From the NCBI RefSeq assembly GCF_009914755.1, contig NC_060931.1: 64,000 bases of DNA, one strand, 5' to 3'. The position numbers were made by a program, and so were the translations under genes. Shown in pieces: positions 1 to 14,150 of the stretch; within the stretch, counting starts at the first letter, position 1, and the number at the start of each line of letters is the position of its first letter. The notes under the pieces were generated by a model, which saw only the letters and a list, made by a program, of their open reading frames with translations, did not search any database and was not told where the DNA came from. The stretch comes from the human T2T-CHM13v2.0 reference genome, Homo sapiens.

Positions 1-209
1 CAATACTCACCACATCACACCACTCCACACGGCACACTCTTTATACCGTAGAGTATAATACCACACCATACTATGCAAATGTAACACTCATTAAGTCTAA
101 AGCATCACTTAGTGAATTATCAGCAATTGTGAACTCTATTAATTTAGTGGAGGGTATGGACAAAAAGAAATGTACAGTCAATATTATACTGGTAAAATGT
201 TGAAAACTT

Positions 210-2010
210 CCGATTTGAAATTAAGAATGAAGCTTAGGTGCTGACTATCAATGCTACATCCAATGCCAGTACCATTGTATTTTAGGTACTAGCCATAGCA
301 GCAAGAAAGAAAACTATGCAAGGTTTGTAAAAGGTGAAAATATGATAATTAGATAAAACTCTCATTATTGATAGATGACATATAGCAATTTTAGAATCAA
401 TATGTGAATTGAGGAAAGTTGCAAGATACACATTTAACACACAAATTGAACTACATTTATATATTTTGACAATAGTTAGAAATAAATTTAAAATATGCCA
501 CTTCTAAAGACAGAAAAATATTAACTAAAGTATATGTAAAGAAAGTTGTGCAAGATATCTATTCAATTTTTGTCAAACTAATTTATAAATTAAAGTCAAT
601 CCAGATGAAGATATTAGTAGGTCTCTATTTACAGAAATAGAAAAGCTATTACAAGATTTGCATGCAAATGCAAAGGACCAAGAAAAGCCTAGACAATCTT
701 AGTGAAAAAGAACATGATAGGGGAACTTGCTTTACTAAACATCAAGACTTATTAAGCCACGGTAAAGACACTGTGGTTTTGACTACCTAGTTGGCAAATA
801 CTCCACTGGAATACAGTGGAGAACCCAGAAACAGAGCCACATAAGGATTGACACTTGTCCCTGACTAAGATGGCACATCAGAGCAGTGGCAAAGGCTGTT
901 CTCTTCAATACATGATATAGGGTCCACTGGATATCAATGTGGAGAAAAATGAGCTTGACTTCTAGATCATATCACAGAAGACTGTATTTCAGGTGCTTTT
1001 GAAATCAATGTAGGAAAAGTAATATCATCAAGTTTAAAGATATAAATTAATATTTACTTGATGTATGTATTTTGTAAACAGGACAGCAAAACATCAACAG
1101 TGAAATAAAATATTAATAAATTACACTTTATTAAAATAAAACATTCTTTATCAAGAAACATCACCAAGTAGGTGAAAATGAGAGCAGTCAAGTTATTTCT
1201 AACAGATATAAGCAATCACCTCCAAATTATTATACCAACTGATGTCCCCAAGAGCAAGCACTGTTCAGTAGCCATTAACCAGTTAGAAAATCTTTGTGAA
1301 CTTGGGCTAGAGAAAAATTTCTTACATCTGACACAAAAAGCGTAACAATAAAGACATGATACGTGAATTGTATCAAAATTGAAAACTTTCGCTCTTCAAA
1401 AGATGCTACTAAAAAAGAAAAAAAGTAAGCCATAGAAAAGGAGAAAATATTTGCAAAGTATATGTGATAAAAAAAGAACTCTTCTTCACAACTCCATAAT
1501 AATTCCAGTGAAATATAAACAAAATTTTGAGCAAACACCTTACAAAATAAGATATGTGAAAATTCAATAAGTACATGAACAGAAGCTCCACATTGTGACT
1601 CATCAAAGATTCAAATTAAAAACACAGTGAGTTCCGCTGCACACTCAGTAGTATGACTACATTTAAAAGATTAGCAATATCTTGTGTTGGTGAGGACATT
1701 ATTATGGTGAGGTTAGAAACATTATGCTAGAGAATGAAGCCAAACACAAAAGAAGGCAGGTTGTTTGATTTCTCTTCTATGAAATTTTAGAAAAAGCAAA
1801 TCTATTCTCTAGTGCCGGAAAACAGAACAATGATTAATTGGAAGTTGGTGGGGTGTGTACTGACTGGGAAAGGGCACAAGGGTAGTTGTTGGAATGATGA
1901 AAATATTCTGTATCCTGATTGTAGCAGTGACTCATGTATTTCTTAAAACTTATTGAACTGTAGATACACTTAAAATTAATTATAAACAGATTATATTTAT
2001 TATATGTAAA
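210..2010 (+). mobile_element. Old L1 (L1MC/ME-type), 3' part of ORF2 and 3' UTR, heavily decayed
   Basis: Decayed ORF2-like sequence (gaggaaagttgcaagatacac, aacccagaaacagagccac) followed by an L1M-type 3' UTR (gggaaagggcacaaggg...gatgaaaatattctgtatcctgattg). Boundaries approximate. Confidence 0.75.
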
Positions 2011-2590
2011 TAAATGTGCTGAACAAAACAAGAACATATACAAATAATAGGTTTTAAAAGAAGTTTTAAAAGAGAAAGTAGATACAAATAGAAATTCTTA
2101 TTTTTTTTCCTGTTATCCAGTTGAGTTCCCTGCACAGCCCTCACTTTGAAGACGTAAGTGTTGGATGCTGCGAATGATGGATTAAAACCTCATCTCAGGC
2201 CAGCAGCTCCAGAGAATATTGGACTATTCATCATAATAGTTACCTGAGTGGTGACCAGACATCCTGTAGAGCTCATCTTGATAAGTAGTGCTCCCCAAAA
2301 TAATTTGGATCATAACCCTCTATTTCTTCAGTCTGGAATGAAGCCAACAACTACCACCTGTCTGACATCATGCACCTTAGCTGCTCAGATTTCCTGTTTT
2401 ACCCTTTCTTCCACCTCCATATTGGGTCATTATATGCTTTGTAGCACATTTGAGTTGTCATAAACTTTATTTGACATTTGACTGCACCAGGTCATACTTT
2501 CTGCTCTTTCCCACATGCCCAGGTAGTTATTGTTGTTGCATTAAAAAAAAAAAGAGAGAAAGAAGTTCCAAATTATTACAGTTCACATAG

Positions 2591-2645
2591 TTATCACAAG
2601 GTTATTATTTAAAATATTTATCACAAGGTTATTATTTAAAATATT
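2591..2645. repeat. 27-bp perfect tandem duplication
   Basis: ttatcacaaggttattatttaaaatat occurs at 2591 and 2618. Confidence 0.9.
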
Positions 2646-5478
2646 AATCTGTAGAGTTCTGATGTCTGCTAGCTACAGAATTGAATTAAAGAATACACTT
2701 AGGAAAGATTATAGGGACCACCTTATCCACCCAAACTCACCTTAGGCTTTGGCTCTTTCTACTGTTCCTATGGAAACAGATACAACACTAGCAAAGTTGG
2801 TGTCAAGTCCTTTAATGTAATTTTTCATCACTAGTTATTTTAAAGTATCAGATTTTATTTTTCCCTGATAGAGATCATTACCTTATGTTGCAAATTAACC
2901 AGTGCCCTCACTTTCATAGAAATCACAGTATAGCTCATTTAAATGCAGGATATACGTGAAGCTATTGCTTTAGAACAATACATATTGATTCTCTGGTTTA
3001 AATGACATCTGACTCACAGTTCTGACACTGATTCCCACAGGTTGTTAAAAAGATACCCCTGTAGAAACAGAAAGAGACAAAAAATATTCCAGCAATATTG
3101 AAAATTAGGACTTAACCTTCAAAGTACCTGAAATGAATTTTTATTAACAACTAGGCCAAAGATTTGACTTCAGAAAAATAATCATTTTTTTCTCATGCCA
3201 TGTTCTAGAAAAAAAGCAAGTCAGTCTGGCCCTCTTTTATCTTTTCTTATTGCCTTTACCTAGTTCAGAAATGCAAGATGTCCTTTGTTACAAGACTGCT
3301 ATGGTTTTGTTTTGTTTTGAGGCATCTAGAGCAATCTCTTCCCATTCTTCCAGTTAGGCAGATACTATGGCCCTGGACTAAGTGTCAGAAAGTTACCCTG
3401 TGTATTCTAGGTATATACTTATACATTCCTTGTTGTGTGGTTGTGGAATGGGAGAAATGGAGAAGTTCTTGTTCTTCTTTGTAATAAAGGTTTAGAAGGA
3501 AGAGTTCCTGTGGCAGCGGTATCTTACCTTAGGGGGCTCGACCCAAGTGGATGAAAAGTGGAATGAAGGACAATTCGCACTGTTGCCATATTCTCTGAAG
3601 CTGTGGCCTGAGATTAGGTCTTAGTCCATTCTCAGAGCCCAGCACTTGGATGCTGTAAAGAGAGTATAACTCACCAATCATATTCTTGAGTCAGGTATTG
3701 TATCTGACTAAATAGTATGACAAATATCAGTAAATCCCATTTCTTCTGGAAACTTCAGTCATTTTTTCTCTCTGCTGTCAAATGAGAGGTTGGGAGTTAA
3801 GCATTTGGAGTTGAGCATTTCTCATTCAGCACCCCCTCTCCCACCCCCCACCCAGCCTTTAACATATAATTATATGCAGGGACAATCAGTGGAGAGTCTC
3901 ATGCCAGGTGAGCCTCCTCTCCTCTTTTGTGGCAGACCTCAGAAAGCCTCTCACTTGCTTTCCTTGTACACCACCACCACTATACACTCTATCCCTTAGA
4001 ATATTCACCTGCAAGCCTGGTTACAGAATGTAGCACATCCTCCTCATCTCCCCACCAGAAACTCGAGATGGCACCCACATTCACCCACTGAAAAACATTT
4101 AAGATATGGGTAATTTTCCTCATTTTTCTATGTAAATAGAGTGATAAGCTGAATAAAAGGAATGGATCATCTGTAAAGTTTAAGAATTAAATTTCTAAGA
4201 TATTGACCCTGGTCAATTAATTCATACATGAGTCTTAATTTATAATGGTTGCTCTATTTTAGTTCTGTTCATAGGTAGAAATACAAACCCTGAAGAAAGG
4301 ACTTCCAGTGACAACCTCCCTGAACCTCTCCATGCAGTTCCTTCTACTCAGCACTCAGCCTTATTGCAGAGACCGACACAATACTTAAGAGTCCTTCAGA
4401 TACCTACTCATCTCATGAAAGGAATTTGCATTGTGAGGTCTCTATACCTGGGATTCACATCTCTGGTTCAGAAACATCTAAGTTGCTTCTACCAGGTTCT
4501 TGTTTCTTTGGTCACATCCACCCAGGGCTCCTCTGATGTCAGCTAGTGGGACTACATTTTGGATAAATTGTTAAGAAGTTATCTGTTTTATACAGTATTT
4601 TTTGTTGGTTTCAAAGGAAAATATTCACTGGATTCTTAGATCTGGTACTTGGTGGGAGCACAGACTCCAGAGAAATCCCATACACCTGACCGGGGTGGGG
4701 CACAATCACCAAGCAAGTCCTATGACATGACCATTTCTAGTGCTTCTGCTGCTTCTGCTATGGAATCTATCAACACCTAAAAGGTCACTTTGTGGTAACC
4801 ACAAGAATTAAAAATAGAGTTGAAAGAGAGGCAGCACTGGCTACCCTGTGGTTAAATAAATGACATTCAAAGAATTTTCTTTTGGCCTTTTCAACTATCC
4901 ACCTTACCCTGTACCCCAGTAGTAATGAACTTCCAGGGATTAGGTTAAAGAATCCACCCTTTTTAGTTATCAGTGTTCCCTTGACAAAAAGAGATATAAG
5001 TAGATATATTTCCCCACTGTGCTTGTCAGATGTTAAAGCCTCTAACTGGAAAAGCGACAAAGGAATGGAAGTCCCTCATAGCCAACTTATGCATGTATAT
5101 CTCTGGGTTTTAGCTCAGGCCATAAAATGTAGGATCACTAAATGATTTGAATTGCACAAAAGCACCCATAACATCAGTAAAACTGTTATATTTATTACAG
5201 ATGTTTCAAAAAGCAATGTTTTCAGAGCTAGCTTTTACACAAAAGGGAAAGACAGAGCTTAGAAACACTGGTAAAGTGAATGTATCAGGCTGATGGAACA
5301 CTTGCAGCCCTCCTCTCACTGACTCCTGGGACTTATAACTCTCCCAACAACAGCAAAAATGATCTGAGCAAGACTTGGGGATTGAAGTCCTCAAATTCAG
5401 GAACTTAATATAAGTTACTGAAACCTAGCAATTTACCATTGCTTTTCAAAACTTAATGAGTGACTTCAAATAGTTCTG

Positions 5479-5479
<1 letters not shown>

Positions 5480-5530
<51 letters not shown>

Positions 5531-5531
5531 T
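5480..5531. repeat. (GT)n microsatellite
   Basis: Direct observation. Confidence 0.95.
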
Positions 5532-5534
5532 TGG

Positions 5535-7660
5535 AACAGCTTTATTAAGATTTAATTCAGATATTACAAAACTTACCCACTAAAGGTATACAATTTTTGT
5601 TTTTAATATATACACAGAGTATCTGATTATCAGTGCATTCTATTTTTAGATCATATTCATCACCCCTTCCCCCAAAACCAGAATCCTTTAGCAGTCTCTC
5701 TTCGTCCTATCTCCAGCCTAGCAAGTACTAACCTACTTTCTGTCTCTACAGATTTGCCTGTTCTGGAAACTTCATATAAATGGACTTATGCAATATATGT
5801 ATTTTTGTATCTAGTTTCCATCACATAGTGTTTTCAAAGTTTATATTGTAGCATGTATCAGTACTCATTCGTTTCCTGCTATGGATGAATAATATTCCAT
5901 TGTGTAGATGTGCCACTTTTATTTATCCACTCATCAGTGGATGGACATTTGGGTTGTTTCCACTTCTTTTCTATTATGAATAATGTTACTCTGAAGATTC
6001 ACTTACAAGTTTTTAGGTGGATGTATTGTTTCATTTCTCTTGAATAAATACTTAGGAGTAGAATTATTGGGTCATATGATAATATTTAGTTCCTTATCTT
6101 GAGGAATTGTCAAACTTGTCTAAAATTGTACCAGTATACATTCTTACCAACAGCATTTGAGGGTTTCAATTTCTCTACATCCTCACCAACACTTGTAATA
6201 AGTAAGCTGGGGTTTTGTTGTTTTATTATTATAGTTAGCCTAGTGGGTATAAAGTGGTATCCCCAGTATAATTTTGATTTGCATTTCCGTAACAGCTAAT
6301 GAAACCAAGTATCTTTTCATGTGCTATTGGATATTTGTATATATGTTATGGAGAAATAACTATTCATATCCTTGCTCATGTTTTAATTGGGTTATTTACA
6401 ATTAGTTCAATTGCAAAGGTTTTTATATATTCTGGATACATGTGCTGTGTAAATGATAATATGCTGTCCCATTTTGTAGACTGTCTTTTCACTTTATTGA
6501 TGGTATTATTTGTAACACAACCTTTTTGTTTGTTTGTTTGCTTGCTTGTTTAATGAAGTTCAATTTATCTATTTATCTTGGGTTGCTTGTACTTTTGGTA
6601 TTACCTCTAAGAAACAATTACTGGATCCAAAGTCAGGAAGATTTACTGCTATTTTCTTCTCGGAGTTTATTATTTTAGCTAATATATTTAGGTCTTTACC
6701 TATTTTAGTTTACTTTTTGTGTATGGTGTGAGGTATGAGTGGAGCTTCATGTTTATATGCTTTTATACGGTTTTCTTAGTGCCATTTGTTGAAGACTATT
6801 TTTTCACCATTGAAAGATCTTGACACCGTTATTGATAATCCATTGACCATAAAGGTAAGGGTTTATTTCTAAACTCTTAATTATATTCTATTGATGTATA
6901 TGTCTATCCTATTCTAGGACTGCTTTTTCTCTGGTACTATTGAGAGATGAAGCCAGCTGGGCTTCTGGGTCAGGTGGGGACTTGGAGAACTTTTCTGTCT
7001 AGCCAAAGGATTGTAAACACATCAATCAGTGCTCTGTGTCTAGCTAAAGGTTTGTAAATTGGACCAATCAGCACTCTGTAAAATGGACCAATCAGCAGGA
7101 CATGGGCGGGGCCAAATAAGGGAGTCAAAGGTGGCTACCCCAGCCAGTAGCAGCAACCCGCTAGGGTTCCCTTCCATGCTTTGGAAGCTTTGCACTTTCA
7201 CTCTTTGCAATAAATCTTGTTGCTGCTCACTCTGAGTCCACAGTACCTTCATGAGCTGTAACCCTCACCACAGAGGTCTGCAGCTTCACTCCTGAAGCCA
7301 GCCAGACCATGAACCCACCGGGAGCAACAAACAACTCCAGACGCACCAACTTTAAGAGCTGTAACACTCACTGCGAAGGTCTGCGGCTTCACTCCTGAAG
7401 TCAGCGAGACCACGAACCCACCAGGAGGAATGAACAACTCTGGACACATCTGAACATCTGAAGGAACAAACTCTGGACACACCATCTTTAAGAACTGTAA
7501 AACTCACCGCGAGGATCTGCAGCTTCATTCTTGAAATCAGCGAGACCAAGAACCCACCAGAAGGAACCAATTCCAGACACACTATGGCTTGGTAGTAAGT
7601 TTTGAAATTGAGAAGTGTGCATTCTCTAATATTTTTATATCTTCCAAAAATGCTTTGGTT
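5535..7660 (-). mobile_element. L1MB-type 3' end and ORF2 remnant, interrupted by an LTR12
   Basis: Antisense L1 3' UTR (ctactttctgtctctacagatttgcc, gatggacatttgggttgtttccac); the L1 sequence resumes after 7581. Confidence 0.8.
6941..7581 (+). mobile_element. ERV9 solo LTR (LTR12 family, short LTR12/LTR12F type)
   Basis: Begins tgagagatgaagccagctgg and ends ttccagacaca; accaatcagc motifs; repeated cttcactcctgaag...aacccacc units; 4-bp TSD ctat on both sides. Confidence 0.9.
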
Positions 7661-10010
7661 GAGGTGGCATCAGAAAGATGGCAGAGTAGGAAGCTCTGGG
7701 CGCTCCTTTCCCCAACAAACACATTGATCCAGTAACACTTCATGGACATTTTTACCTTTTTGAGAAATCTTGAAACTAATTTACGAGTTTATGCACTCCA
7801 AGAGAAGCTAAAACTAAACTGACCAAAACTCGTAGGGAGATTCAGGATACGATTCCCTCTTGCTAGAATCTCTATCCCTGGCACAGCATTGCAAAATCAA
7901 GATGACATCCCTTACCTCCCAGCTTCTCTCTGGGGAGGAAAGGGGTTGGTTGCATGTCTAGTGCCCCAATTTTCCAAGGTGGCTCCCCAGAGGACTGGCT
8001 TCTTTCTTTTCAGCCTTAAAACTCAGACAAGACCAGCACAGTTTAGCCATATGAAAGAGAGTAGAGATAGAAGGTTGAGCTGATTGATGTTGTAGATCTT
8101 CTCACTTGGTCAGCAGAGAGTGCTGCAAATGAAAAATCCCATATCTCAGTTACGTCCTGGGGAGAGAGTTGATCCATGTATCTCATGTCTTAATTTCTCC
8201 AGGGCTGTAAAGATAATTAGCATTGTCTTCCTGGTCTTAGAACTCTGATGGGTCCAGCAGAGTCTGGCTGCCTGAACGACAATGGAGAAATAGAGATGGA
8301 GATTTAGACTGGTAAACACCAAAATCCACCCCTGCCCACCACAAAACCAGCTCAGCACAGATTAAGCCAACAACAACAACAACAACAACAAAAATGTCAA
8401 CAGCTGCCTGCTTCTCCCTAGAAAAGGAAGGAGTTGTTAGAAACTTAGAGACTCCAGAATCTCTGGTTGAGCTTATTGTTGGGAAACTTCTTCTCTACAA
8501 AGTCGGTTTCTGAAAATTGGATGAGCTATCTGCTTTGTCTAATATACAGTCACCAATGAAGAGTTTCAAGACAATGAGGATCCAGGCAATGATGTTTTAA
8601 AAAACCAGCAAGATAAATCTCCAAAAGCAAACTCTAATAAAAATGATTTATAAGATATATCTAACAGATAACTCAAAATAACTGGCATAAAGAATCTTAT
8701 TGATATCAAAAAGTGCATAAGCAAAGTGAGACTGCCAACAGAGATAGAACATATTTTAAAGTACCATATAGAAGTCATAGAACTGAAGTACAATAACTTA
8801 ACTGAAAATTTTCTGAAAGCCATAAGAGAAAAGCAATTTATCACATGAGGAAACATCAATAATACCACTAGTGGATTTTTCTGCAGAAACTTTACAGGTG
8901 GTGAGAGAGTAGGATTGCATATTAAAAATGCTAAAAGTAAACAACTATCAACCAAGAATACTATGCCCTACGAAACTATCCTTTAAAGCTGAAGGATAGA
9001 TTAAGATTTACACAGACATAGAATAGCTGAGGGAAATCATCATTACCAGACATGGCTTAAAAAACGCTAACGTGAGTTTCTCAAGTTGAAGTGAAAGGAC
9101 ACAAAACAGCAACACAGTAGCCTAAGAAGTATGAAACTCATTAATAAAGGTTAATATATAAGAAATGCAGAATACCATATTATTGTAGTGGTAATGGGTA
9201 TAAATCATTATTAATTCTAGTATAAATGTTGAAATGTAAAAGTATTAAAAATAACTATAAAATATGTTAAAAGAATACATACAAATCATGACAATAGTAC
9301 CACAAAGTATGGGGAGGAAGTTAAAGTTTAGAGATTTTGTATGTGATTGAACTTAAGTTGTTATCAGCTTTGGGTGTTATAACTATAAGATATTGTATGT
9401 AAGCCTAAAGGTAATGATAAAATAATAACTATAGACATCACACAAAATGAAAATAGAAAGAAATCAAAGCACATCAATGCCAAAACTCAAAAATGGGAAA
9501 AAGATGGAATGAGAGAGAAAAGCAGACAAAAGAACCATGAGACAAGCAGCAACAACTAACAAAATAGCATTAGTAAATCCTTTTATCTCAATATCACTTT
9601 AAATGTGAACTCCCAATAAAAAGATATAGAGTAGCTGAATGGATTAAGAAAAACAAAACCACACCATATATTATCTATAAGAAACTCACTTTAGCTTTAA
9701 GAACACACATAGGCTGAAAGGCAAGGAAAGGAAAAATATATGTAAATAATAGCAAAAACAGAGTGGGGTAGCTATAATTATATCAGACAAGATAGATTTT
9801 AAGTAAAAATAATCAATGAGAACAGAAGGGCATTACATAATAATAAAAAGTCAATTTTCCAGGCAGATATAATAATTGTAAATATATATGTACCTAACAT
9901 TAGAGTACCTAAAAATGTAAAGCAAAGAGTGGCAGAACTGAAGAAAGAAATAGATGACAATGCAATAATAGACTTCAATAGTAAACTTTCTATAGTAGAA
10001 TAGTCAAACT
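7660..10010 (+). mobile_element. Old L1 5' UTR, ORF1 and endonuclease-domain remnant
   Basis: L1 5' start motif aagatggcagagtagg; ORF1-like 8560-9100; endonuclease-like atcactttaaatgtgaa...agagtagctgaatggatt...aactcactttag. Confidence 0.75.
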
Positions 10011-10320
10011 TTTATATGGGCTCAAAATTACCCTAATACTACAGCCAAGGGCACCGTAAGGAAAGAAACAGTAGTCTTTGCATTCCTAAGATAAATCTCA
10101 CTTGGCCCTGGGGTGTAATTTTTAATATGTTGCTGGATTTGGTTTTCTAGTACATCAGTGAGGATTGTTGTGTGTATATTCATAAGGGATAGTGTTTTCC
10201 CAGGCTTTTTTTATTTTTATGTTTTTATCTGTTTTGATATCAATGTAATATTGGGCTCATATAATGAGTTTGACAAAGATCCATTCTTTCTATTTTTTGG
10301 AAGATTTTGTGAGAAAATGG

Positions 10321-10708
10321 TGGATTAGTCTGTTTAGGATTCCTTAAAAAAAAATCACAGACTGACTGACTTTACCAGAAGAAATTAATTCTCTCTCAGT
10401 TCTGGAATTTAGGAGCATATGATCAAGTTGCTTGCAAATTCATTTTCTCATCAGGGCTCTCTTTCTGACTTGAAGAGTGACTTCTAAATATGTCCTCCAA
10501 TGGCCTTTTCTCTGTGCTTACGGGGTAAGAGAACTATAGCAGGTTCTCTGTTGTCTCGTTTTATAAGAACACTAATCCTATCAGATAGGGTTCCATCTTT
10601 ATGTCTTCATTTAAACTTAATCATTTCATTACCCAAAATACAGCTATACTGGGGGTCAGTGCATTGACCTGTAAAAGCTGGGTGGTTCCATGTATTCAGT
10701 CCATAACA
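10321..10708 (-). mobile_element. MaLR LTR (MLT1A/B-type)
   Basis: Ends attcagtccataaca, the reverse complement of the MLT1 start tgttatggactgaat; contains ctctcagttctgga and aagaacactaatcctatc. Confidence 0.75.
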
Positions 10709-11189
10709 ATTGCTCTCAGTTCTTCAAGTGTTTTGTAGAGTTCACTAGTAATGCAAAATGTACCTGGGCTATTCTTTGTGAAGTTTAACAATTACTAATT
10801 CAATCTCTTAACATTTTTCTAGACGTATTCCTATTTTTCATTTCTTCTTGAGTCACTTTGGGTTCTTTATGTCATTCTATAAATTTGTCTATTTTATCTA
10901 AGTTTCTAATTTGTTGGCATTCAGTTATATATAGTAGTCTCTTATTTTTTTCTCTAAGTTGGTAGTGATGACCCTTATTTCATTCCTAATTTTAGTAATT
11001 TGAGTCTTACCTGTTCACTTCTTGCTGAGTCTAAAAGTTTATAGATTTCATAGATTTTTTTCAAATAACTTTTGATTTTTTTAATGATTCTATTATTTTT
11101 GTCTGCTCTATCTTACTTTTTTGCACTCAAATCTTCATCAGTTCCTTTCTTCTGAATGTATTAGATTTTGTTTGCTTTTTGTTGTTATT

Positions 11190-11500
11190 GTTGTTGCTTG
11201 TTTTGTTTTTTTTTTGTTGTCGTCGTCGTTGTTGTTGTTGTTTCGAGACAGAGTCTTGCTCTTGTTGCCCAGGCTGGCGTACAATGGCCTGATCTTGGCT
11301 CACTGAAACCTCAGCCTTCCAGGTTCAAGTGATTCTCCTGCCTTGGCCTCTTGAGTAGCTGGGATTACAGGCACCTGCCATCACACCTGGCAAATTTCTG
11401 TATTTTTAGTATAGACAAGGTTTCACCATGTTGGCCAGGCTGGTCTTGAACTCCTGAACTCTGGTGATCTGCCTGCCTCAGGGTCCCAAAGTGCTAGGAT
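11190..11500 (-). mobile_element. AluS (Sq-like) with tail degenerated to (GTT/GTC)n
   Basis: gagacagagtcttgctcttgttgcccaggctgg...cccaaagtgctaggat. Confidence 0.9.
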
Positions 11501-14092
11501 GTCCTAAAGGCTTCTGAAGCTCTAATAATATTTGTTTATTACTTTTCTTCTCTGTTCTTCAGAGTAGATAATTTTAATTGATCTATCTTTAGGTTTACTG
11601 ATTCTTTCTTCTTTAAGCTCACATGTGTTGTTGCTCTCCCATATAGTAAGTTTTTAATTTTCTGTGTTGTTCTTTTTGAATACAGAATTTCTAGTTGGTT
11701 CTTCTGTATAATTTTGATCTATTTCATGACATTTTGAACCTAATGAGACATCATGTGATGTTGTCCTTTAGTTCTCTAGGCATAGTTTCCTTTAGTTCTT
11801 TGAACATACTTATAATTGTGGATTTAATATCATTTTCTAGTCAGTCCAAATTTGGGCCCTCTCAGGGACAGTTTTTTAAAAATCTTGTTGCTTTGCAAGT
11901 CTCATAAATATAATTTATTGTTCAAAAGCGGACCTTTCAATTTATATAATGTGACAACTCAAATTATATCATACCCCCTCTTTTATAGGCTTTGATGTTG
12001 TTGCTGTATTTCTTGTTGTTTTATTGTTGTTTTTTATTTTGCTTTTGTTTGTTGTTAATGTTTTGTTTTTGTTTTTATTTTTCTGGCTGTTGTGTGTTTG
12101 TTTAGGCACTTTCCTGTATTAAGTCTATAAAGACTATGTTCTTTGTAATGTGTAGCCACTGAAGTTTCTGCTTAGTTAGCTTGATGGTCAGCTAGTAATT
12201 GGCCAGATATTTTCTTGAGCATCTTGAACAAATAAGTTTTCAACCCGAGGGCCTACAATGTTGGTGCATTCTTTACATGTTTAATTTATGACTCTGCCTT
12301 AGCCTGCACTTCCTACTTGCACAAGACCCTAAGGTCAGTTAGAGGTGAGAGGTAAGAGCTTTATACAGCCCTCAATAGATACCTCTTTCCCAGGTCTTTC
12401 CTACAAATTTTTTATTAGGCCTTTGTTTCCTATCGGTATCACAGGTTAAATAAGTGATCTAAAAACAGTGTTTTCAAGAGCTGTGATATTGATGCTGTGA
12501 TAATGGGATTTCTGAAGAGCTCTAAGCCTGTCCATGCTAGGAGTAGTAAGACTTCTAGTTTTTCAGGCTTCAGTGACACTGGGAAAGAGAGATGGGAAGA
12601 GGTCAACAGAGCCACACACCTCTTTATTTTTATTCTGGTACAGCAAGATTTTTATGAGTAAATGCTCTTCAGATTGTTAGAAGCCTGTGATTAATATCTA
12701 GAGTTCCGAAAAAGTTTATTTCAAAACACTTTGAAAGTGTTTTTACTGCTTTTATGTAAGAGCATATTAATATAAGTTCCATGCATCAACATTCTGGAAG
12801 TCATTCCCAGTACTAGCTTCTCTTGTTTGTGTAATTTAGTGTGGGAAGAATTAAACTTCCAAGGCCTTGACAGATTCAGAAAAAGTGTCATCATTATTGT
12901 AATAATTAGGGAAATAATCTAAACCTGCTGGTATTTAATTTCCCTAATATATAATAAAAACTTAATAGCAAATTGAAAGGTTTTTTGTGAGGATTAGATC
13001 ATTCACTTCAAAAAATATGAAGCATACAAGCGCAGTGTGTCTGAAGTGCATATCATGAGATGAGGAAAGCAGAGATGAAGATATAAAGATAAAAAATGAC
13101 AAGATTTTAAGGTATTCAGAGGTTTAAAAAGTCACTGAACTTTGTAAAGCAGACATGGAATATGATCACATTTGTGCTAAAAATTATTTGCAGTGTAGAA
13201 AGCAAAAGTATCTTTTTGTCAAAAGATATTCTAATGGAGAATATTAAAATTAAAAATTTGGGTTAAGAATTGGCACAGAAGACTATCTTTAGACAAAAGA
13301 GGTTCTAGAAATTCAGATGAAAGCAGGAGTAGATACAGTTATCTCAGCTGAACTTCTCCCTAAGGCTCTCCTAGTCCCTAAATTGCACAAAACATCCTTT
13401 GACAGAATGAATCTGAATAATTTAATTTTGTATGGTCTCTCAGTTCTGTGTACATATTGGTTGCACCAATATTCAGGAATAATTTTTGTAATTCACTATG
13501 CACTTAATAGTCTGATTTAAATAATAAGTAAAATGTAAGGAATGCTGCCTTAGTGTTTGAACTAACTTATTGACAGTGAGGACACTCAAAAGACAATGGC
13601 CACCATTTCTGTCTTTTACCATTGAGCTTCCCAAAGAAAATTCCTCCATGTACATCTGTGACTGTTATTACCAGTGGTTTCTATTTTTCCGCATGGACAG
13701 TGAGAAAATGTTAGCAGATATAGCCTCTTGCCCCATGCTTAGAAACAAATGGTCTTTAAGTCAGACCCTAACATCCACAGAGTAAAGGGAAAGTGCAATT
13801 GTTGAAACTATACCAGAGAATTTGGAAGGGCCTTAACTTATAGTTCTTTATTTTTCACAAGATTATGAAGTCTAGAGTACAAAATCAATACTATAATCTC
13901 CAGTTTATATATGAGGACACCAAATAATTCAAGCAAGGTGAGAATGAGTATTAGAGCCTGTATTTGAATAAAGCTTTGTGTGTGTGCCTCCCTTTATAAG
14001 GAAAGTGCAGATAGCTCTGACCACAGGGTTCTTTTCAGTAGCTGCTCCAGAAGAAACAAACACAGGGAACATGTAAGATAACTTCCTTGTCT

Positions 14093-14150
14093 GGAGGGAA
14101 CTGATACCTACACTCCCATGGGAGGGAACACTGATACCTATGCTCCCATG
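14093..14150. repeat. ~30-bp tandem duplication
   Basis: ggagggaa(ca)ctgatacctaYRctcccatg occurs twice. Confidence 0.8.

Larger units (their letters stand above)
10070..12810 (-). mobile_element. Old L1 antisense fragments (ORF2/ORF1), interrupted by MLT1 and Alu
   Basis: T-rich antisense L1 motifs (tgttgctggatttggttttctag, attcataagggata). Boundaries approximate. Confidence 0.65.
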
